64,000 nucleotides of DNA, from the NCBI RefSeq assembly GCF_003334785.1, contig NZ_QOWV01000001.1, one strand, 5' to 3'. The notes under the pieces are model-generated. The model was not told the origin of the DNA. It ran no database searches and saw only the letters and a program-made list of their open reading frames with translations. Position 1 is the stretch's first letter. Each line of letters opens with the position of its first letter. The position numbers were made by a program, and so were the translations under genes. Shown here in pieces: positions 1 through 12,183 of the stretch. The stretch is from Escherichia coli. GTDB taxonomy: Bacteria > Pseudomonadota > Gammaproteobacteria > Enterobacterales > Enterobacteriaceae.

Positions 1-644
1 AGGTTGTGCTCCGTCTGGAAAGCCCTGGTGGCATGGTGCATGGTTACGGGCTGGCGGCTTCGCAACTGCAGCGTCTGCGCGATAAAAACATTCCTTTAAC
101 TGTTACGGTAGACAAAGTCGCTGCCAGCGGCGGTTACATGATGGCCTGTGTGGCGGACAAAATTGTTTCCGCACCGTTTGCTATTGTGGGTTCCATTGGC
201 GTGGTGGCGCAAATGCCCAACTTTAACCGCTTCCTGAAAAGCAAAGATATTGATATCGAACTGCACACTGCCGGGCAGTATAAGCGCACGCTGACGTTGC
301 TGGGTGAAAATACCGAAGAAGGGCGGGAGAAATTCCGCGAAGAGTTGAACGAAACGCATCAGTTGTTTAAAGATTTTGTGAAGCGTATGCGTCCTTCTCT
401 GGATATTGAACAGGTGGCAACGGGTGAACACTGGTACGGACAACAGGCGGTAGAGAAAGGCCTGGTTGATGAAATCAACACCAGTGATGAAGTTATTCTT
501 AGCCTGATGGAAGGCCGTGAAGTGGTCAATGTACGCTATATGCAGCGTAAACGACTCATTGACCGATTCACCGGCAGCGCGGCAGAGAGCGCCGATCGAT
601 TGTTGCTACGCTGGTGGCAGCGGGGTCAAAAGCCATTGATGTAA
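1..644 (+). CDS. sohB: S49-family periplasmic protease SohB, 3' portion (gene begins upstream of window)
   Basis: Track ORF 6..644 in frame from the window edge; translation has the SppA/S49 peptidase core (VAASGGYMMACVADKIVSAPFAIVGSIGVV); position upstream of yciN-topA matches K-12 synteny. Confidence 0.8.
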   Translation, partial: VVLRLESPGGMVHGYGLAASQLQRLRDKNIPLTVTVDKVAASGGYMMACVADKIVSAPFAIVGSIGVVAQMPNFNRFLKSKDIDIELHTAGQYKRTLTLLGENTEEGREKFREELNETHQLFKDFVKRMRPSLDIEQVATGEHWYGQQAVEKGLVDEINTSDEVILSLMEGREVVNVRYMQRKRLIDRFTGSAAESADRLLLRWWQRGQKPLM

Positions 645-648
645 AAGA

Positions 649-680
649 CAAACGCGAGGCTAAGACCTCGCGTTTTGCTT
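649..680. terminator. Bidirectional intrinsic terminator between convergent sohB and yciN
   Basis: Perfect hairpin aaacgcgagg-ctaaga-cctcgcgttt followed by a T-rich tract (ttgcttt). Confidence 0.6.
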
Positions 681-931
681 TAATCAACCAGATGATATTT
701 TTCTGAAAGCACATGGGCCAGGTGTTTGAACATATTAAACACCGCGGTGCTTTTGGCTGTTGGCAATCCTTGTTCATCTAAAAAGTAGTCGCCGGTAAAT
801 ACCAGCACGCCATTACGCTGCGTGACGCCGGTGGCTTCAATCCCTGCGAGCGTATCCTCATGCTCACGAATGATTTTGTTGGCCTCTTTCAACAGCGTTT
901 CGCGGTCGATGGGTTGTGTCTCTTTGTTCAT
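680..931 (-). CDS. yciN: DUF2498 small protein YciN
   Basis: 83-aa [33 protein letters not shown]... recognised as YciN; divergent from topA. Confidence 0.85.
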
Positions 932-1310
932 TATTTACTCCTTAAACAAGGACATTAGTCTACGCCAGGCATGGCTTGCAGACAAATATACCACGCTGGT
1001 GGCAAGAGCGCCTTACTGGCAACTTTGGATTTTGCATGCTAATAAAGTTGCGTATCGGATTTTATCAGGTACAGTGTGACGCTTTCGTCAATCTGGCAAT
1101 AGATTTGCTTGACATTCGACCAAAATTCCGTCGTGCTATAGCGCCTGTAGGCCAAGACCTGTTAACTCAGTCACCTGAATTTTCGTGAACAGAGTCACGA
1201 CAAGGGGTTGATATCCGCAGAGAGCGAGTCCATATCGGTAACTCGTTGCCAGTGGAAGGTTTATCAACGTGCGACGCATTCCTGGAAGAATCAAATTAGG
1301 TAAGGTGAAT

Positions 1311-3908
1311 ATGGGTAAAGCTCTTGTCATCGTTGAGTCCCCGGCAAAAGCCAAAACGATCAACAAGTATCTGGGTAGTGACTACGTGGTGAAATCCAGC
1401 GTCGGTCACATCCGCGATTTGCCGACCAGTGGCTCAGCTGCCAAAAAGAGTGCCGACTCTACCTCCACCAAGACGGCTAAAAAGCCTAAAAAGGATGAAC
1501 GTGGCGCTCTCGTCAACCGTATGGGGGTTGACCCGTGGCACAATTGGGAGGCGCACTATGAAGTGTTGCCTGGTAAAGAGAAGGTCGTCTCTGAACTGAA
1601 ACAACTGGCTGAAAAAGCCGACCACATCTATCTCGCAACCGACCTTGACCGCGAAGGGGAAGCCATTGCATGGCACCTGCGGGAAGTGATTGGGGGTGAT
1701 GATGCGCGCTATAGCCGAGTGGTGTTTAACGAAATTACTAAAAACGCGATCCGCCAGGCATTTAACAAACCGGGTGAGCTGAATATTGATCGTGTTAATG
1801 CCCAGCAGGCGCGTCGCTTTATGGACCGCGTGGTGGGGTATATGGTTTCGCCGCTGCTATGGAAAAAGATCGCTCGTGGTCTGTCTGCCGGTCGTGTGCA
1901 GTCGGTGGCGGTTCGCCTGGTGGTCGAGCGTGAGCGTGAAATTAAAGCGTTCGTGCCGGAAGAGTTCTGGGAAGTCGATGCCAGCACGACCACGCCATCT
2001 GGTGAAGCGTTGGCGTTACAGGTGACTCATCAGAACGACAAACCGTTCCGTCCGGTCAACAAAGAACAAACTCAGGCTGCGGTAAGTCTGCTGGAAAAAG
2101 CGCGCTACAGCGTGCTGGAACGTGAAGACAAACCGACAACCAGTAAACCTGGCGCTCCTTTTATTACCTCTACGCTGCAACAAGCTGCCAGCACCCGTCT
2201 TGGATTTGGCGTGAAAAAAACCATGATGATGGCGCAGCGTTTGTATGAAGCAGGCTATATCACTTACATGCGTACCGACTCCACTAACCTGAGTCAGGAC
2301 GCGGTAAATATGGTTCGCGGTTATATCAGCGATAATTTTGGTAAGAAATATCTGCCGGAAAGTCCGAATCAGTACGCCAGCAAAGAAAACTCACAGGAAG
2401 CGCACGAAGCGATTCGTCCTTCTGACGTCAATGTGATGGCGGAATCGCTGAAGGATATGGAAGCAGATGCGCAGAAACTGTACCAGTTAATCTGGCGTCA
2501 GTTCGTTGCCTGCCAGATGACCCCAGCGAAATATGACTCCACGACGCTGACCGTTGGTGCGGGCGATTTCCGCCTGAAAGCACGCGGTCGTATTTTGCGT
2601 TTTGATGGCTGGACAAAAGTGATGCCTGCGTTGCGTAAAGGCGATGAAGATCGCATCTTACCAGCAGTTAATAAAGGCGATGCTCTGACGCTCGTTGAAC
2701 TTACACCAGCCCAGCACTTTACCAAGCCGCCAGCCCGTTTCAGTGAAGCATCGCTGGTTAAAGAGCTGGAAAAACGCGGTATCGGTCGTCCGTCTACCTA
2801 TGCGTCGATCATTTCGACCATTCAGGATCGTGGCTACGTGCGAGTAGAAAATCGTCGTTTCTATGCGGAAAAAATGGGCGAAATCGTCACCGATCGCCTT
2901 GAAGAAAATTTCCGCGAGTTAATGAACTACGACTTTACCGCGCAGATGGAAAACAGCCTCGACCAGGTGGCAAATCACGAAGCAGAGTGGAAAGCTGTAC
3001 TGGATCACTTCTTCTCGGATTTCACCCAGCAGTTAGATAAAGCTGAAAAAGATCCGGAAGAGGGTGGTATGCGCCCGAACCAGATGGTTCTGACCAGCAT
3101 TGACTGCCCGACTTGTGGTCGCAAAATGGGGATTCGCACAGCGAGCACCGGGGTATTCCTTGGCTGTTCTGGCTATGCGCTGCCGCCGAAAGAGCGTTGC
3201 AAAACCACCATTAACCTGGTGCCGGAAAACGAAGTGCTGAACGTGCTGGAAGGCGAAGATGCTGAAACCAACGCGCTGCGCGCAAAACGTCGTTGCCCGA
3301 AATGCGGCACGGCGATGGACAGCTATCTCATCGATCCGAAACGTAAGTTGCATGTCTGTGGTAATAACCCAACCTGCGACGGTTACGAGATCGAAGAGGG
3401 CGAATTCCGCATTAAAGGTTATGACGGCCCGATCGTTGAGTGTGAAAAATGTGGCTCTGAAATGCACCTGAAAATGGGGCGTTTCGGTAAATACATGGCC
3501 TGCACCAACGAAGAGTGTAAAAACACACGTAAGATTTTACGTAACGGCGAAGTGGCACCACCGAAAGAAGATCCGGTGCCATTACCTGAGCTGCCGTGCG
3601 AAAAATCAGATGCTTATTTCGTGCTGCGTGACGGTGCTGCCGGTGTGTTCCTGGCTGCCAACACTTTCCCGAAATCGCGTGAAACGCGTGCGCCACTGGT
3701 GGAAGAGCTTTATCGCTTCCGCGACCGTCTGCCGGAAAAACTGCGTTATCTGGCCGATGCGCCACAGCAGGATCCGGAAGGTAATAAGACCATGGTTCGC
3801 TTTAGCCGTAAAACCAAACAGCAATATGTCTCTTCGGAAAAAGACGGAAAGGCGACTGGCTGGTCAGCATTTTATGTTGATGGCAAATGGGTTGAAGGAA
3901 AAAAATAA
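1311..3908 (+). CDS. topA: DNA topoisomerase I
   Basis: 865-aa protein starting [22 protein letters not shown] (track ORF from 1269 is a 14-codon upstream extension); TOPRIM domain and C-terminal tetracysteine zinc ribbons (CPTCGRK..., CPKCGTAM..., CEKCGSEM...). Confidence 0.97.
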   Translation: MGKALVIVESPAKAKTINKYLGSDYVVKSSVGHIRDLPTSGSAAKKSADSTSTKTAKKPKKDERGALVNRMGVDPWHNWEAHYEVLPGKEKVVSELKQLAEKADHIYLATDLDREGEAIAWHLREVIGGDDARYSRVVFNEITKNAIRQAFNKPGELNIDRVNAQQARRFMDRVVGYMVSPLLWKKIARGLSAGRVQSVAVRLVVEREREIKAFVPEEFWEVDASTTTPSGEALALQVTHQNDKPFRPVNKEQTQAAVSLLEKARYSVLEREDKPTTSKPGAPFITSTLQQAASTRLGFGVKKTMMMAQRLYEAGYITYMRTDSTNLSQDAVNMVRGYISDNFGKKYLPESPNQYASKENSQEAHEAIRPSDVNVMAESLKDMEADAQKLYQLIWRQFVACQMTPAKYDSTTLTVGAGDFRLKARGRILRFDGWTKVMPALRKGDEDRILPAVNKGDALTLVELTPAQHFTKPPARFSEASLVKELEKRGIGRPSTYASIISTIQDRGYVRVENRRFYAEKMGEIVTDRLEENFRELMNYDFTAQMENSLDQVANHEAEWKAVLDHFFSDFTQQLDKAEKDPEEGGMRPNQMVLTSIDCPTCGRKMGIRTASTGVFLGCSGYALPPKERCKTTINLVPENEVLNVLEGEDAETNALRAKRRCPKCGTAMDSYLIDPKRKLHVCGNNPTCDGYEIEEGEFRIKGYDGPIVECEKCGSEMHLKMGRFGKYMACTNEECKNTRKILRNGEVAPPKEDPVPLPELPCEKSDAYFVLRDGAAGVFLAANTFPKSRETRAPLVEELYRFRDRLPEKLRYLADAPQQDPEGNKTMVRFSRKTKQQYVSSEKDGKATGWSAFYVDGKWVEGKK

Positions 3909-3937
3909 CCTTTAATTCTGTCAGGTTTTTATAAACA

Positions 3938-3966
3938 AAGGGTCGCGAAAGCGGCCCTTTTTTATT
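3938..3966 (+). terminator. Intrinsic terminator downstream of topA
   Basis: aagggtcgc-gaaa-gcggccctt hairpin (1 mismatch) followed by tttttt. Confidence 0.7.
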
Positions 3967-4093
3967 GCATATTATTTTTTCTTCACACCTATACACTAAG
4001 GCTATAAATGATATAGTGGTTATAGTTAGCACCTTTTTTATTATTAAATCGTATTAGTCACCCGCCAGGTGTGACGAAAAAACGATGTTCTGA

Positions 4094-5092
<999 letters not shown>

Positions 5093-5422
5093 TTTCTTGC
5101 GTTATTTTCGGCACCTTTTATGTAGCGAAGGTGCCGGAATATATTCTCTTTTGTTACTTATTTCTATACCGTGCACAATATTTTTATCCCTCATATTTAT
5201 AGGGTAAATTACCTGTAAAGTAGTGTCTAATTACCCGCCTCGCAAACTCCAGTTTTCAAATATCTATTTCAGGTCAAAAGATTGAATTATTCACTGGAGA
5301 CGATTCGTAAATTCGCTGGATTTTTGACTAAAGTTTCTTTAGGATTTGTCTCATCGTATGATTAATTACACCAATCGTTCAACGTCTTGCTGATAAGTGA
5401 TGGCGATTATATGAGGTTAGCA

Positions 5423-5551
5423 ATGCCTTCTGGAAATCAGGAACCCCGCCGCGATCCTGAATTAAAACGTAAAGCCTGGCTGGCGGTTTTTCTTGGTTCT
5501 GCACTTTTCTGGGTGGTTGTCGCACTGCTGATTTGGAAAGTGTGGGGATAA
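5423..5551 (+). CDS. ymiA: Small membrane protein YmiA (alternative in-frame start at 5411)
   Basis: Not in track (<60 aa). ATG at 5423 has a GAGG Shine-Dalgarno 6 nt upstream; encodes MPSGNQEPRRDPELKRKAWLAVFLGSALFWVVVALLIWKVWG with one predicted TM helix; stop at 5549-5551. Confidence 0.6.
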   Translation: MPSGNQEPRRDPELKRKAWLAVFLGSALFWVVVALLIWKVWG

Positions 5552-5553
5552 CT

Positions 5554-5721
5554 ATGGTCGGTCAGGAGCAACTGGAGTCGTCACCATTATGCCAGCATAG
5601 TGACAATGAAACAGAAACGAAACGGGAATGTTCCGTCGTTATTCCAGACGACTGGCAACTAACATCGCAGCAGCAAGCCTTTATAGAACTGTTTGCTGAA
5701 GATGATCAGCCGAAACAATAA
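5554..5721 (+). CDS. yciX: Small protein YciX
   Basis: 55-codon ORF MVGQEQLESSPLCQHSDNETETKRECSVVIPDDWQLTSQQQAFIELFAEDDQPKQ; GGGGA SD just upstream; start lies 2 nt after the ymiA stop, consistent with translational coupling. Confidence 0.6.
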   Translation: MVGQEQLESSPLCQHSDNETETKRECSVVIPDDWQLTSQQQAFIELFAEDDQPKQ

Positions 5722-5834
5722 TTATCATCATTCTTATTACCCATTTTTAATGAATTAAAGGGCTTTTAATACACCGCAGCAATAACAGCTTGAGTTATCT
5801 CAACACAAAATAATAACCGTTAAGGGTGTAGCCT

Positions 5835-5930
5835 ATGATCAACACAAATATGAAATATTGGTCCTGGATGGGCGCGTTTTCTCTGTCGATGCTCTTCTGG
5901 GCCGAACTCCTCTGGATCATTACTCACTGA
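5835..5930 (+). CDS. 31-aa hydrophobic small protein (possibly the annotated small protein ymiC; unverified)
   Basis: ATG at 5835 preceded by AAGGGTG; encodes MINTNMKYWSWMGAFSLSMLFWAELLWIITH; stop TGA 5928-5930; followed immediately by a terminator hairpin. Track shows only an out-of-frame ORF at 5858..6040. Confidence 0.45.
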   Translation: MINTNMKYWSWMGAFSLSMLFWAELLWIITH

Positions 5931-5936
5931 TCCTTG

Positions 5937-5966
5937 ACCCCGCTGCGGCGGGGTTGTCATTTGCTT
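5937..5966 (+). terminator. Intrinsic terminator after the 31-aa ORF, upstream of acnA
   Basis: accccgc-tgcg-gcggggt hairpin followed by tgtcatttgcttt. Confidence 0.55.
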
Positions 5967-6093
5967 TGCCACAAGGTTTCTCCTCTTTTATCAATTTGGG
6001 TTGTTATCAAATCGTTACGCGATGTTTGTGTTATCTTTAATATTCACCCTGAAGAGAATCAGGGCTTCGCAACCCTGTCATTAAGGAGGAGCT

Positions 6094-8769
6094 ATGTCGT
6101 CAACCCTACGAGAAGCCAGTAAGGACACGTTGCAGGCCAAAGATAAAACTTACCACTACTACAGCCTGCCGCTTGCTGCTAAATCACTGGGCGATATCAC
6201 CCGTCTACCCAAGTCACTCAAAGTTTTGCTCGAAAACCTGCTGCGCTGGCAGGATGGTAACTCGGTTACCGAAGAGGATATCCACGCGCTGGCAGGATGG
6301 CTGAAAAATGCCCATGCTGACCGTGAAATTGCCTACCGCCCGGCAAGGGTGCTGATGCAGGACTTTACCGGCGTACCTGCCGTTGTTGATCTGGCGGCAA
6401 TGCGCGAAGCGGTTAAACGCCTCGGCGGCGATACTGCAAAGGTTAACCCGCTCTCACCGGTCGACCTGGTCATTGACCACTCGGTGACCGTCGATCGTTT
6501 TGGTGATGATGAGGCATTTGAAGAAAACGTACGCCTGGAAATGGAGCGCAACCACGAACGTTATGTGTTCCTGAAATGGGGAAAGCAAGCGTTCAGTCGG
6601 TTTAGCGTCGTGCCGCCAGGCACAGGCATTTGCCATCAGGTTAACCTCGAATATCTCGGCAAAGCAGTGTGGAGTGAATTGCAGGACGGTGAATGGATTG
6701 CTTATCCGGATACACTCGTTGGTACTGACTCGCACACCACCATGATCAACGGCCTTGGCGTGCTGGGGTGGGGCGTTGGTGGGATCGAAGCAGAAGCCGC
6801 AATGTTAGGCCAGCCGGTTTCCATGCTTATCCCGGATGTAGTGGGCTTCAAACTTACCGGAAAATTACGTGAAGGTATTACCGCCACAGACCTGGTTCTC
6901 ACTGTTACCCAAATGCTGCGCAAACATGGCGTGGTGGGGAAATTCGTCGAATTTTATGGTGATGGTCTGGATTCACTACCGTTGGCGGATCGCGCCACCA
7001 TTGCCAATATGTCGCCAGAATATGGTGCCACCTGTGGCTTCTTCCCAATCGATGCTGTAACCCTCGATTACATGCGTTTAAGCGGGCGCAGCGAAGATCA
7101 GGTCGAGTTGGTCGAAAAATATGCCAAAGCGCAGGGCATGTGGCGTAACCCGGGCGATGAACCAATTTTTACCAGTACGTTAGAACTGGATATGAATGAC
7201 GTTGAAGCGAGCCTGGCAGGGCCTAAACGCCCACAGGATCGCGTTGCACTGCCCGATGTACCAAAAGCATTTGCCGCCAGTAACGAACTGGAAGTGAATG
7301 CCACGCATAAAGATCGCCAGCCGGTCGATTATGTTATGAACGGACATCAGTATCAGTTACCTGATGGCGCTGTGGTCATTGCTGCGATAACCTCGTGCAC
7401 CAACACCTCTAACCCAAGTGTGCTGATGGCCGCAGGCTTGCTGGCGAAAAAAGCCGTAACTCTGGGCCTCAAGCGGCAACCATGGGTCAAAGCGTCGCTG
7501 GCACCGGGTTCGAAAGTCGTTTCTGATTATCTGGCAAAAGCGAAACTGACACCGTATCTCGACGAACTGGGGTTTAACCTTGTGGGATACGGTTGTACCA
7601 CCTGTATTGGTAACTCTGGGCCGCTGCCCGATCCTATCGAAACGGCAATCAAAAAAGGCGATTTAACCGTCGGTGCGGTGCTGTCCGGCAACCGTAACTT
7701 TGAAGGCCGTATCCATCCGCTGGTTAAAACTAACTGGCTGGCCTCGCCGCCGCTGGTGGTTGCCTATGCGCTGGCGGGAAATATGAATATCAACCTGGCT
7801 TCTGAGCCTATCGGCCATGATCGCAAAGGCGATCCGGTTTATCTGAAAGATATCTGGCCATCGGCACAAGAAATTGCCCGTGCGGTAGAACAAGTCTCCA
7901 CAGAAATGTTCCGCAAAGAGTACGCAGAAGTTTTTGAAGGCACAGCAGAGTGGAAGGGAATTAACGTCACACGATCCGATACCTACGGTTGGCAGGAGGA
8001 CTCAACCTATATTCGCTTATCGCCTTTCTTTGATGAAATGCAGGCAACACCAGCACCAGTGGAAGATATTCACGGTGCGCGGATCCTCGCAATGCTGGGG
8101 GATTCAGTCACCACTGACCATATCTCTCCGGCGGGCAGTATTAAGCCCGACAGCCCAGCGGGTCGATATCTACAAGGTCGGGGTGTTGAGCGAAAAGACT
8201 TTAACTCCTACGGTTCGCGGCGTGGTAACCATGAAGTGATGATGCGCGGCACCTTCGCCAATATTCGCATCCGTAATGAAATGGTGCCTGGCGTTGAAGG
8301 GGGGATGACGCGGCATTTACCTGACAGCGACGTAGTCTCTATTTATGATGCTGCGATGCGCTATAAGCAGGAGCAAACGCCGCTGGCGGTGATTGCCGGG
8401 AAAGAGTATGGATCAGGCTCCAGTCGTGACTGGGCGGCAAAAGGTCCGCGTCTGCTTGGTATTCGTGTGGTGATTGCCGAATCGTTTGAACGAATTCACC
8501 GTTCGAATTTAATTGGCATGGGCATCCTGCCGCTGGAATTTCCGCAAGGCGTAACGCGTAAAACGTTAGGGCTAACCGGGGAAGAGAAGATTGATATTGG
8601 CGATCTGCAAAACCTACAACCCGGCGCGACGGTTCCGGTGACGCTTACGCGCGCGGATGGTAGCCAGGAAGTCGTACCCTGCCGTTGTCGTATCGACACC
8701 GCGACGGAGTTGACCTACTACCAGAACGACGGCATTTTGCATTATGTCATTCGTAATATGTTGAAGTAA
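6094..8769 (+). CDS. acnA: Aconitate hydratase A
   Basis: 891-aa [33 protein letters not shown]...; strong SD (taaggagg) upstream; aconitase Fe-S cluster cysteines present. Confidence 0.97.
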   Translation: MSSTLREASKDTLQAKDKTYHYYSLPLAAKSLGDITRLPKSLKVLLENLLRWQDGNSVTEEDIHALAGWLKNAHADREIAYRPARVLMQDFTGVPAVVDLAAMREAVKRLGGDTAKVNPLSPVDLVIDHSVTVDRFGDDEAFEENVRLEMERNHERYVFLKWGKQAFSRFSVVPPGTGICHQVNLEYLGKAVWSELQDGEWIAYPDTLVGTDSHTTMINGLGVLGWGVGGIEAEAAMLGQPVSMLIPDVVGFKLTGKLREGITATDLVLTVTQMLRKHGVVGKFVEFYGDGLDSLPLADRATIANMSPEYGATCGFFPIDAVTLDYMRLSGRSEDQVELVEKYAKAQGMWRNPGDEPIFTSTLELDMNDVEASLAGPKRPQDRVALPDVPKAFAASNELEVNATHKDRQPVDYVMNGHQYQLPDGAVVIAAITSCTNTSNPSVLMAAGLLAKKAVTLGLKRQPWVKASLAPGSKVVSDYLAKAKLTPYLDELGFNLVGYGCTTCIGNSGPLPDPIETAIKKGDLTVGAVLSGNRNFEGRIHPLVKTNWLASPPLVVAYALAGNMNINLASEPIGHDRKGDPVYLKDIWPSAQEIARAVEQVSTEMFRKEYAEVFEGTAEWKGINVTRSDTYGWQEDSTYIRLSPFFDEMQATPAPVEDIHGARILAMLGDSVTTDHISPAGSIKPDSPAGRYLQGRGVERKDFNSYGSRRGNHEVMMRGTFANIRIRNEMVPGVEGGMTRHLPDSDVVSIYDAAMRYKQEQTPLAVIAGKEYGSGSSRDWAAKGPRLLGIRVVIAESFERIHRSNLIGMGILPLEFPQGVTRKTLGLTGEEKIDIGDLQNLQPGATVPVTLTRADGSQEVVPCRCRIDTATELTYYQNDGILHYVIRNMLK

Positions 8770-8774
8770 CAACT

Positions 8775-8811
8775 ATTTGCTTGCCGGTTATTTTGCTTCC
8801 GGCAAGCAAAT
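8775..8811. terminator. Bidirectional terminator between convergent acnA and ribA
   Basis: 13-bp perfect inverted repeat atttgcttgccgg ... ccggcaagcaaat. Confidence 0.6.
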
Positions 8812-8832
8812 GAATTACACAATGCAAGAGGG

Positions 8833-9423
8833 TTATTTGTTCAGCAAATGGCCCATTTTCTCGGCTTTGGTATCGAGATAATGTTCGTTATTGGGGTTAC
8901 GACCTACAATCAATGGTACGCGTTCAACAATATTAATCCCTGCTTCGGTCAGAATTTCGACTTTTTTCGGGTTATTGGTTAACAAGCGGACTTCATTGAC
9001 GCCAAGGAGTTTGAACATATCAGCGCAAAGAGTGAAGTCGCGCTCATCAGCGGCGAAGCCTAACTGGTGGTTAGCCTCTACGGTATCGTAACCTTGATCC
9101 TGCAGTGCGTAAGCGCGGATTTTATTCAGCAGACCAATGTTACGACCTTCCTGACGGTGATACAGCAAAATACCACGGCCTTCCTCGGCAATTTGCGTCA
9201 ATGCCGCTTCGAGCTGGAAGCCACAATCGCAGCGCAAGCTGAACAGGGCGTCACCGGTCAGACATTCGGAATGGACGCGCGCAAGTACCGGGGTATGCCC
9301 GGAAATATCGCCATAGACTAGCGCGACATGATCGTGTCCGGTTGCCAGTTCTTCAAATCCCACCATCAGGAAATCGCCCCATGGGGTTGGCAGTTTGGCT
9401 TCTGCCACACGTTTAAGCTGCAT
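8833..9423 (-). CDS. ribA: GTP cyclohydrolase II
   Basis: 196-aa protein starting [18 protein letters not shown] (track ORF extended 21 codons upstream); zinc-binding CxGxC...C motif region present. Confidence 0.95.
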
Positions 9424-9592
9424 GAAATTCTCCAGATAATGCTGGTTCTGTATTGGCTTATTTTGCCATAACGAGAAGGGGTTCACCTAATCACGACGCG
9501 TCGATCGTTCACGGAATGGCACAAATCTGTCAATTTTTCCTGGAACTGGCGTTTTCAGTTATGATTGTGGGACTTATCAAAAAGGAGAGGCC

Positions 9593-10357
9593 ATGCGTTC
9601 GATTGCCAGACGTACCGCAGTGGGAGCTGCACTATTGCTTGTCATGCCAGTAGCCGTATGGATTTCTGGCTGGCGTTGGCAACCTGGAGAACAAAGTTGG
9701 CTACTAAAAGCGGCTTTTTGGGTTACTGAAACTGTCACCCAGCCCTGGGGCGTCATTACACATTTGATTTTATTCGGCTGGTTTCTCTGGTGTCTGCGTT
9801 TTCGCATTAAGGCTGCCTTTGTATTATTTGCCATTCTGGCGGCCGCAATCCTTGTGGGACAAGGCGTTAAATCCTGGATCAAAGACAAAGTCCAGGAACC
9901 ACGACCTTTTGTTATCTGGCTGGAAAAAACACATCATATTCCGGTTGATGAGTTCTACACTTTAAAGCGAGCAGAACGCGGAAATCTAGTGAAAGAACAG
10001 TTGGCTGAAGAGAAAAATATCCCACAATATTTGCGTTCACACTGGCAGAAAGAGACGGGGTTTGCCTTTCCTTCCGGTCACACGATGTTTGCTGCCAGTT
10101 GGGCACTGCTGGCCGTTGGTTTGCTGTGGCCGCGTCGGCGAACGTTAACCATTGCTATCTTGCTGGTCTGGGCAACGGGAGTCATGGGAAGCCGCCTGCT
10201 GCTCGGGATGCATTGGCCACGCGATCTGGTAGTAGCTACGTTGATTTCGTGGGCGCTGGTGGCGGTGGCAACGTGGCTTGCGCAACGAATTTGTGGGCCA
10301 TTAACACCACCTGCGGAAGAAAATCGCGAAATAGCGCAACGAGAACAAGAAAGTTAA
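9593..10357 (+). CDS. pgpB: Phosphatidylglycerophosphatase B (PAP2 family)
   Basis: 254-aa ORF MRSIARRTAVGAALLLVMPVAVWISGWRWQPGEQ...; PAP2 motifs (PSGHT). Confidence 0.95.
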   Translation: MRSIARRTAVGAALLLVMPVAVWISGWRWQPGEQSWLLKAAFWVTETVTQPWGVITHLILFGWFLWCLRFRIKAAFVLFAILAAAILVGQGVKSWIKDKVQEPRPFVIWLEKTHHIPVDEFYTLKRAERGNLVKEQLAEEKNIPQYLRSHWQKETGFAFPSGHTMFAASWALLAVGLLWPRRRTLTIAILLVWATGVMGSRLLLGMHWPRDLVVATLISWALVAVATWLAQRICGPLTPPAEENREIAQREQES

Positions 10358-10505
10358 CGCTGGTTGATTTTCCGAATTTAGCCCTTAAATCATCAACAAT
10401 GCGTGTGGATGCCATTTCGCAGACGGCGCGAAAATGGTACTTTAAAGGGCTATTGCGGTAAGTTGACCATAATTTATTCGCTCTAACCACATAACGGGAA
10501 GTAAT

Positions 10506-10814
10506 GTGAAATATTTACTCATTTTCTTACTGGTGTTAGCGATCTTCGTGATTTCGGTCACGTTGGGTGCGCAGAACGATCAACAGGTGACGTTTAATTA
10601 TCTGTTAGCGCAAGGGGAGTACCGTATTTCCACATTGCTGGCGGTATTGTTTGCTGCGGGGTTTGCTATCGGTTGGTTGATTTGTGGCCTGTTCTGGCTG
10701 CGAGTTCGTGTTTCCCTGGCGCGCGCTGAACGTAAAATAAAGCGACTGGAAAACCAGCTTTCACCCGCGACTGACGTGGCTGTAGTGCCGCACTCGTCAG
10801 CGGCGAAGGAATAA
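10506..10814 (+). CDS. lapA: LPS assembly protein LapA (YciS)
   Basis: 102-aa ORF with GTG start, MKYLLIFLLVLAIFVISVTLGAQNDQQVTFNYLLAQGEY...; two TM helices. Confidence 0.9.
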   Translation: MKYLLIFLLVLAIFVISVTLGAQNDQQVTFNYLLAQGEYRISTLLAVLFAAGFAIGWLICGLFWLRVRVSLARAERKIKRLENQLSPATDVAVVPHSSAAKE

Positions 10815-10820
10815 CTTTCT

Positions 10821-11990
10821 ATGCTGGAGTTGTTGTTTCTGCTTTTGCCTGTAGCCGCTGCCTATGGCTGGTATATGGGCCGCAGAAGTGCGCAACAAAA
10901 CAAGCAAGATGAAGCCAACCGCTTGTCGCGTGATTACGTAGCGGGGGTTAACTTCCTGCTTAGTAATCAACAGGATAAAGCGGTAGACCTGTTTCTCGAT
11001 ATGCTTAAAGAGGATACAGGCACCGTTGAAGCCCACCTTACGCTCGGAAACCTGTTCCGTTCGCGTGGCGAAGTTGATCGCGCTATTCGCATCCATCAGA
11101 CCCTAATGGAAAGCGCCTCGCTGACCTATGAACAGCGTCTGTTGGCGATTCAACAACTGGGGCGTGATTACATGGCCGCCGGGTTATATGACCGCGCGGA
11201 AGACATGTTCAATCAGCTGACCGATGAAACTGACTTCCGCATTGGCGCGCTGCAACAGTTGCTACAAATCTACCAGGCTACCAGTGAGTGGCAGAAAGCA
11301 ATTGATGTTGCCGAACGCCTGGTGAAGCTGGGTAAAGATAAACAGCGCGTCGAAATTGCCCATTTCTACTGTGAGTTAGCCCTGCAGCATATGGCCAGCG
11401 ACGATCTCGATCGTGCCATGACCTTGCTAAAAAAAGGGGCGGCGGCAGATAAAAACAGCGCCCGCGTATCCATAATGATGGGACGCGTGTTTATGGCGAA
11501 AGGAGAATACGCCAAAGCCGTCGAAAGTCTGCAACGCGTGATATCCCAGGACAGAGAACTGGTCAGCGAAACGCTGGAAATGTTGCAAACCTGCTATCAG
11601 CAGTTGGGTAAAACTGCCGAATGGGCAGAATTCCTGCAGCGTGCGGTGGAAGAGAACACCGGTGCCGATGCTGAATTGATGCTTGCTGATATCATCGAAG
11701 CGCGCGACGGTAGTGAGGCCGCACAGGTCTATATTACGCGCCAGCTTCAGCGTCATCCGACCATGCGTGTGTTCCATAAGTTAATGGATTACCACTTAAA
11801 TGAAGCGGAAGAAGGGCGTGCCAAAGAGAGCCTGATGGTGCTGCGTGACATGGTTGGCGAGAAGGTACGTAGTAAGCCTCGTTATCGTTGCCAGAAATGT
11901 GGTTTTACCGCATACACCCTCTACTGGCATTGTCCGTCTTGTCGGGCCTGGTCAACCATTAAACCGATTCGCGGTCTTGATGGCCTGTAA
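10821..11990 (+). CDS. lapB: LPS assembly protein LapB (YciM), TPR protein with C-terminal rubredoxin-like zinc finger
   Basis: 389-aa ORF MLELLFLLLPVAAAYGWYMGRRS...; C-terminal CQKCGF...CPSC metal-binding motif. Confidence 0.95.
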   Translation: MLELLFLLLPVAAAYGWYMGRRSAQQNKQDEANRLSRDYVAGVNFLLSNQQDKAVDLFLDMLKEDTGTVEAHLTLGNLFRSRGEVDRAIRIHQTLMESASLTYEQRLLAIQQLGRDYMAAGLYDRAEDMFNQLTDETDFRIGALQQLLQIYQATSEWQKAIDVAERLVKLGKDKQRVEIAHFYCELALQHMASDDLDRAMTLLKKGAAADKNSARVSIMMGRVFMAKGEYAKAVESLQRVISQDRELVSETLEMLQTCYQQLGKTAEWAEFLQRAVEENTGADAELMLADIIEARDGSEAAQVYITRQLQRHPTMRVFHKLMDYHLNEAEEGRAKESLMVLRDMVGEKVRSKPRYRCQKCGFTAYTLYWHCPSCRAWSTIKPIRGLDGL

Positions 11991-12183
11991 TTTTTAAAAA
12001 AAATCCGACTTTAGTTACAACATACTAATTATTAATGTTCCATTGTGCTCCGGCAACGACGGCGCAGAAAAAGCCTACCAGGGGAGAAATCGCAACTGTT
12101 AATTTTTTATTTCCACGGGTAGAATGCTCGCCGTTTACCTGTTTCGCGCCACTTCCGGTGCCCATCATCAAGAAGGTCTGGTC

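Noticed and set aside
1109-1142. Candidate sigma70 promoter upstream of topA (TTGACA ... TATAGC)
   Set aside because: The hexamers are 22 bp apart, too long for a canonical promoter; topA has several mapped promoters and I cannot place them reliably without data.
1269-1310. Upstream in-frame extensions of track ORFs (topA, ribA, pyrF, yciW, puuP, puuA, puuD, puuC, pspF, pspD, ycjM, ycjR, tyrR, ycjG, mpaA)
   Set aside because: The recognised proteins begin at internal Met codons that have better SD spacing and give the known lengths; the extensions reflect longest-ORF calling.
5858-6040. 60-aa track ORF upstream of acnA
   Set aside because: It has no SD and reads through the terminator hairpin; the overlapping 31-codon ORF in another frame (5835..5930) has proper signals.
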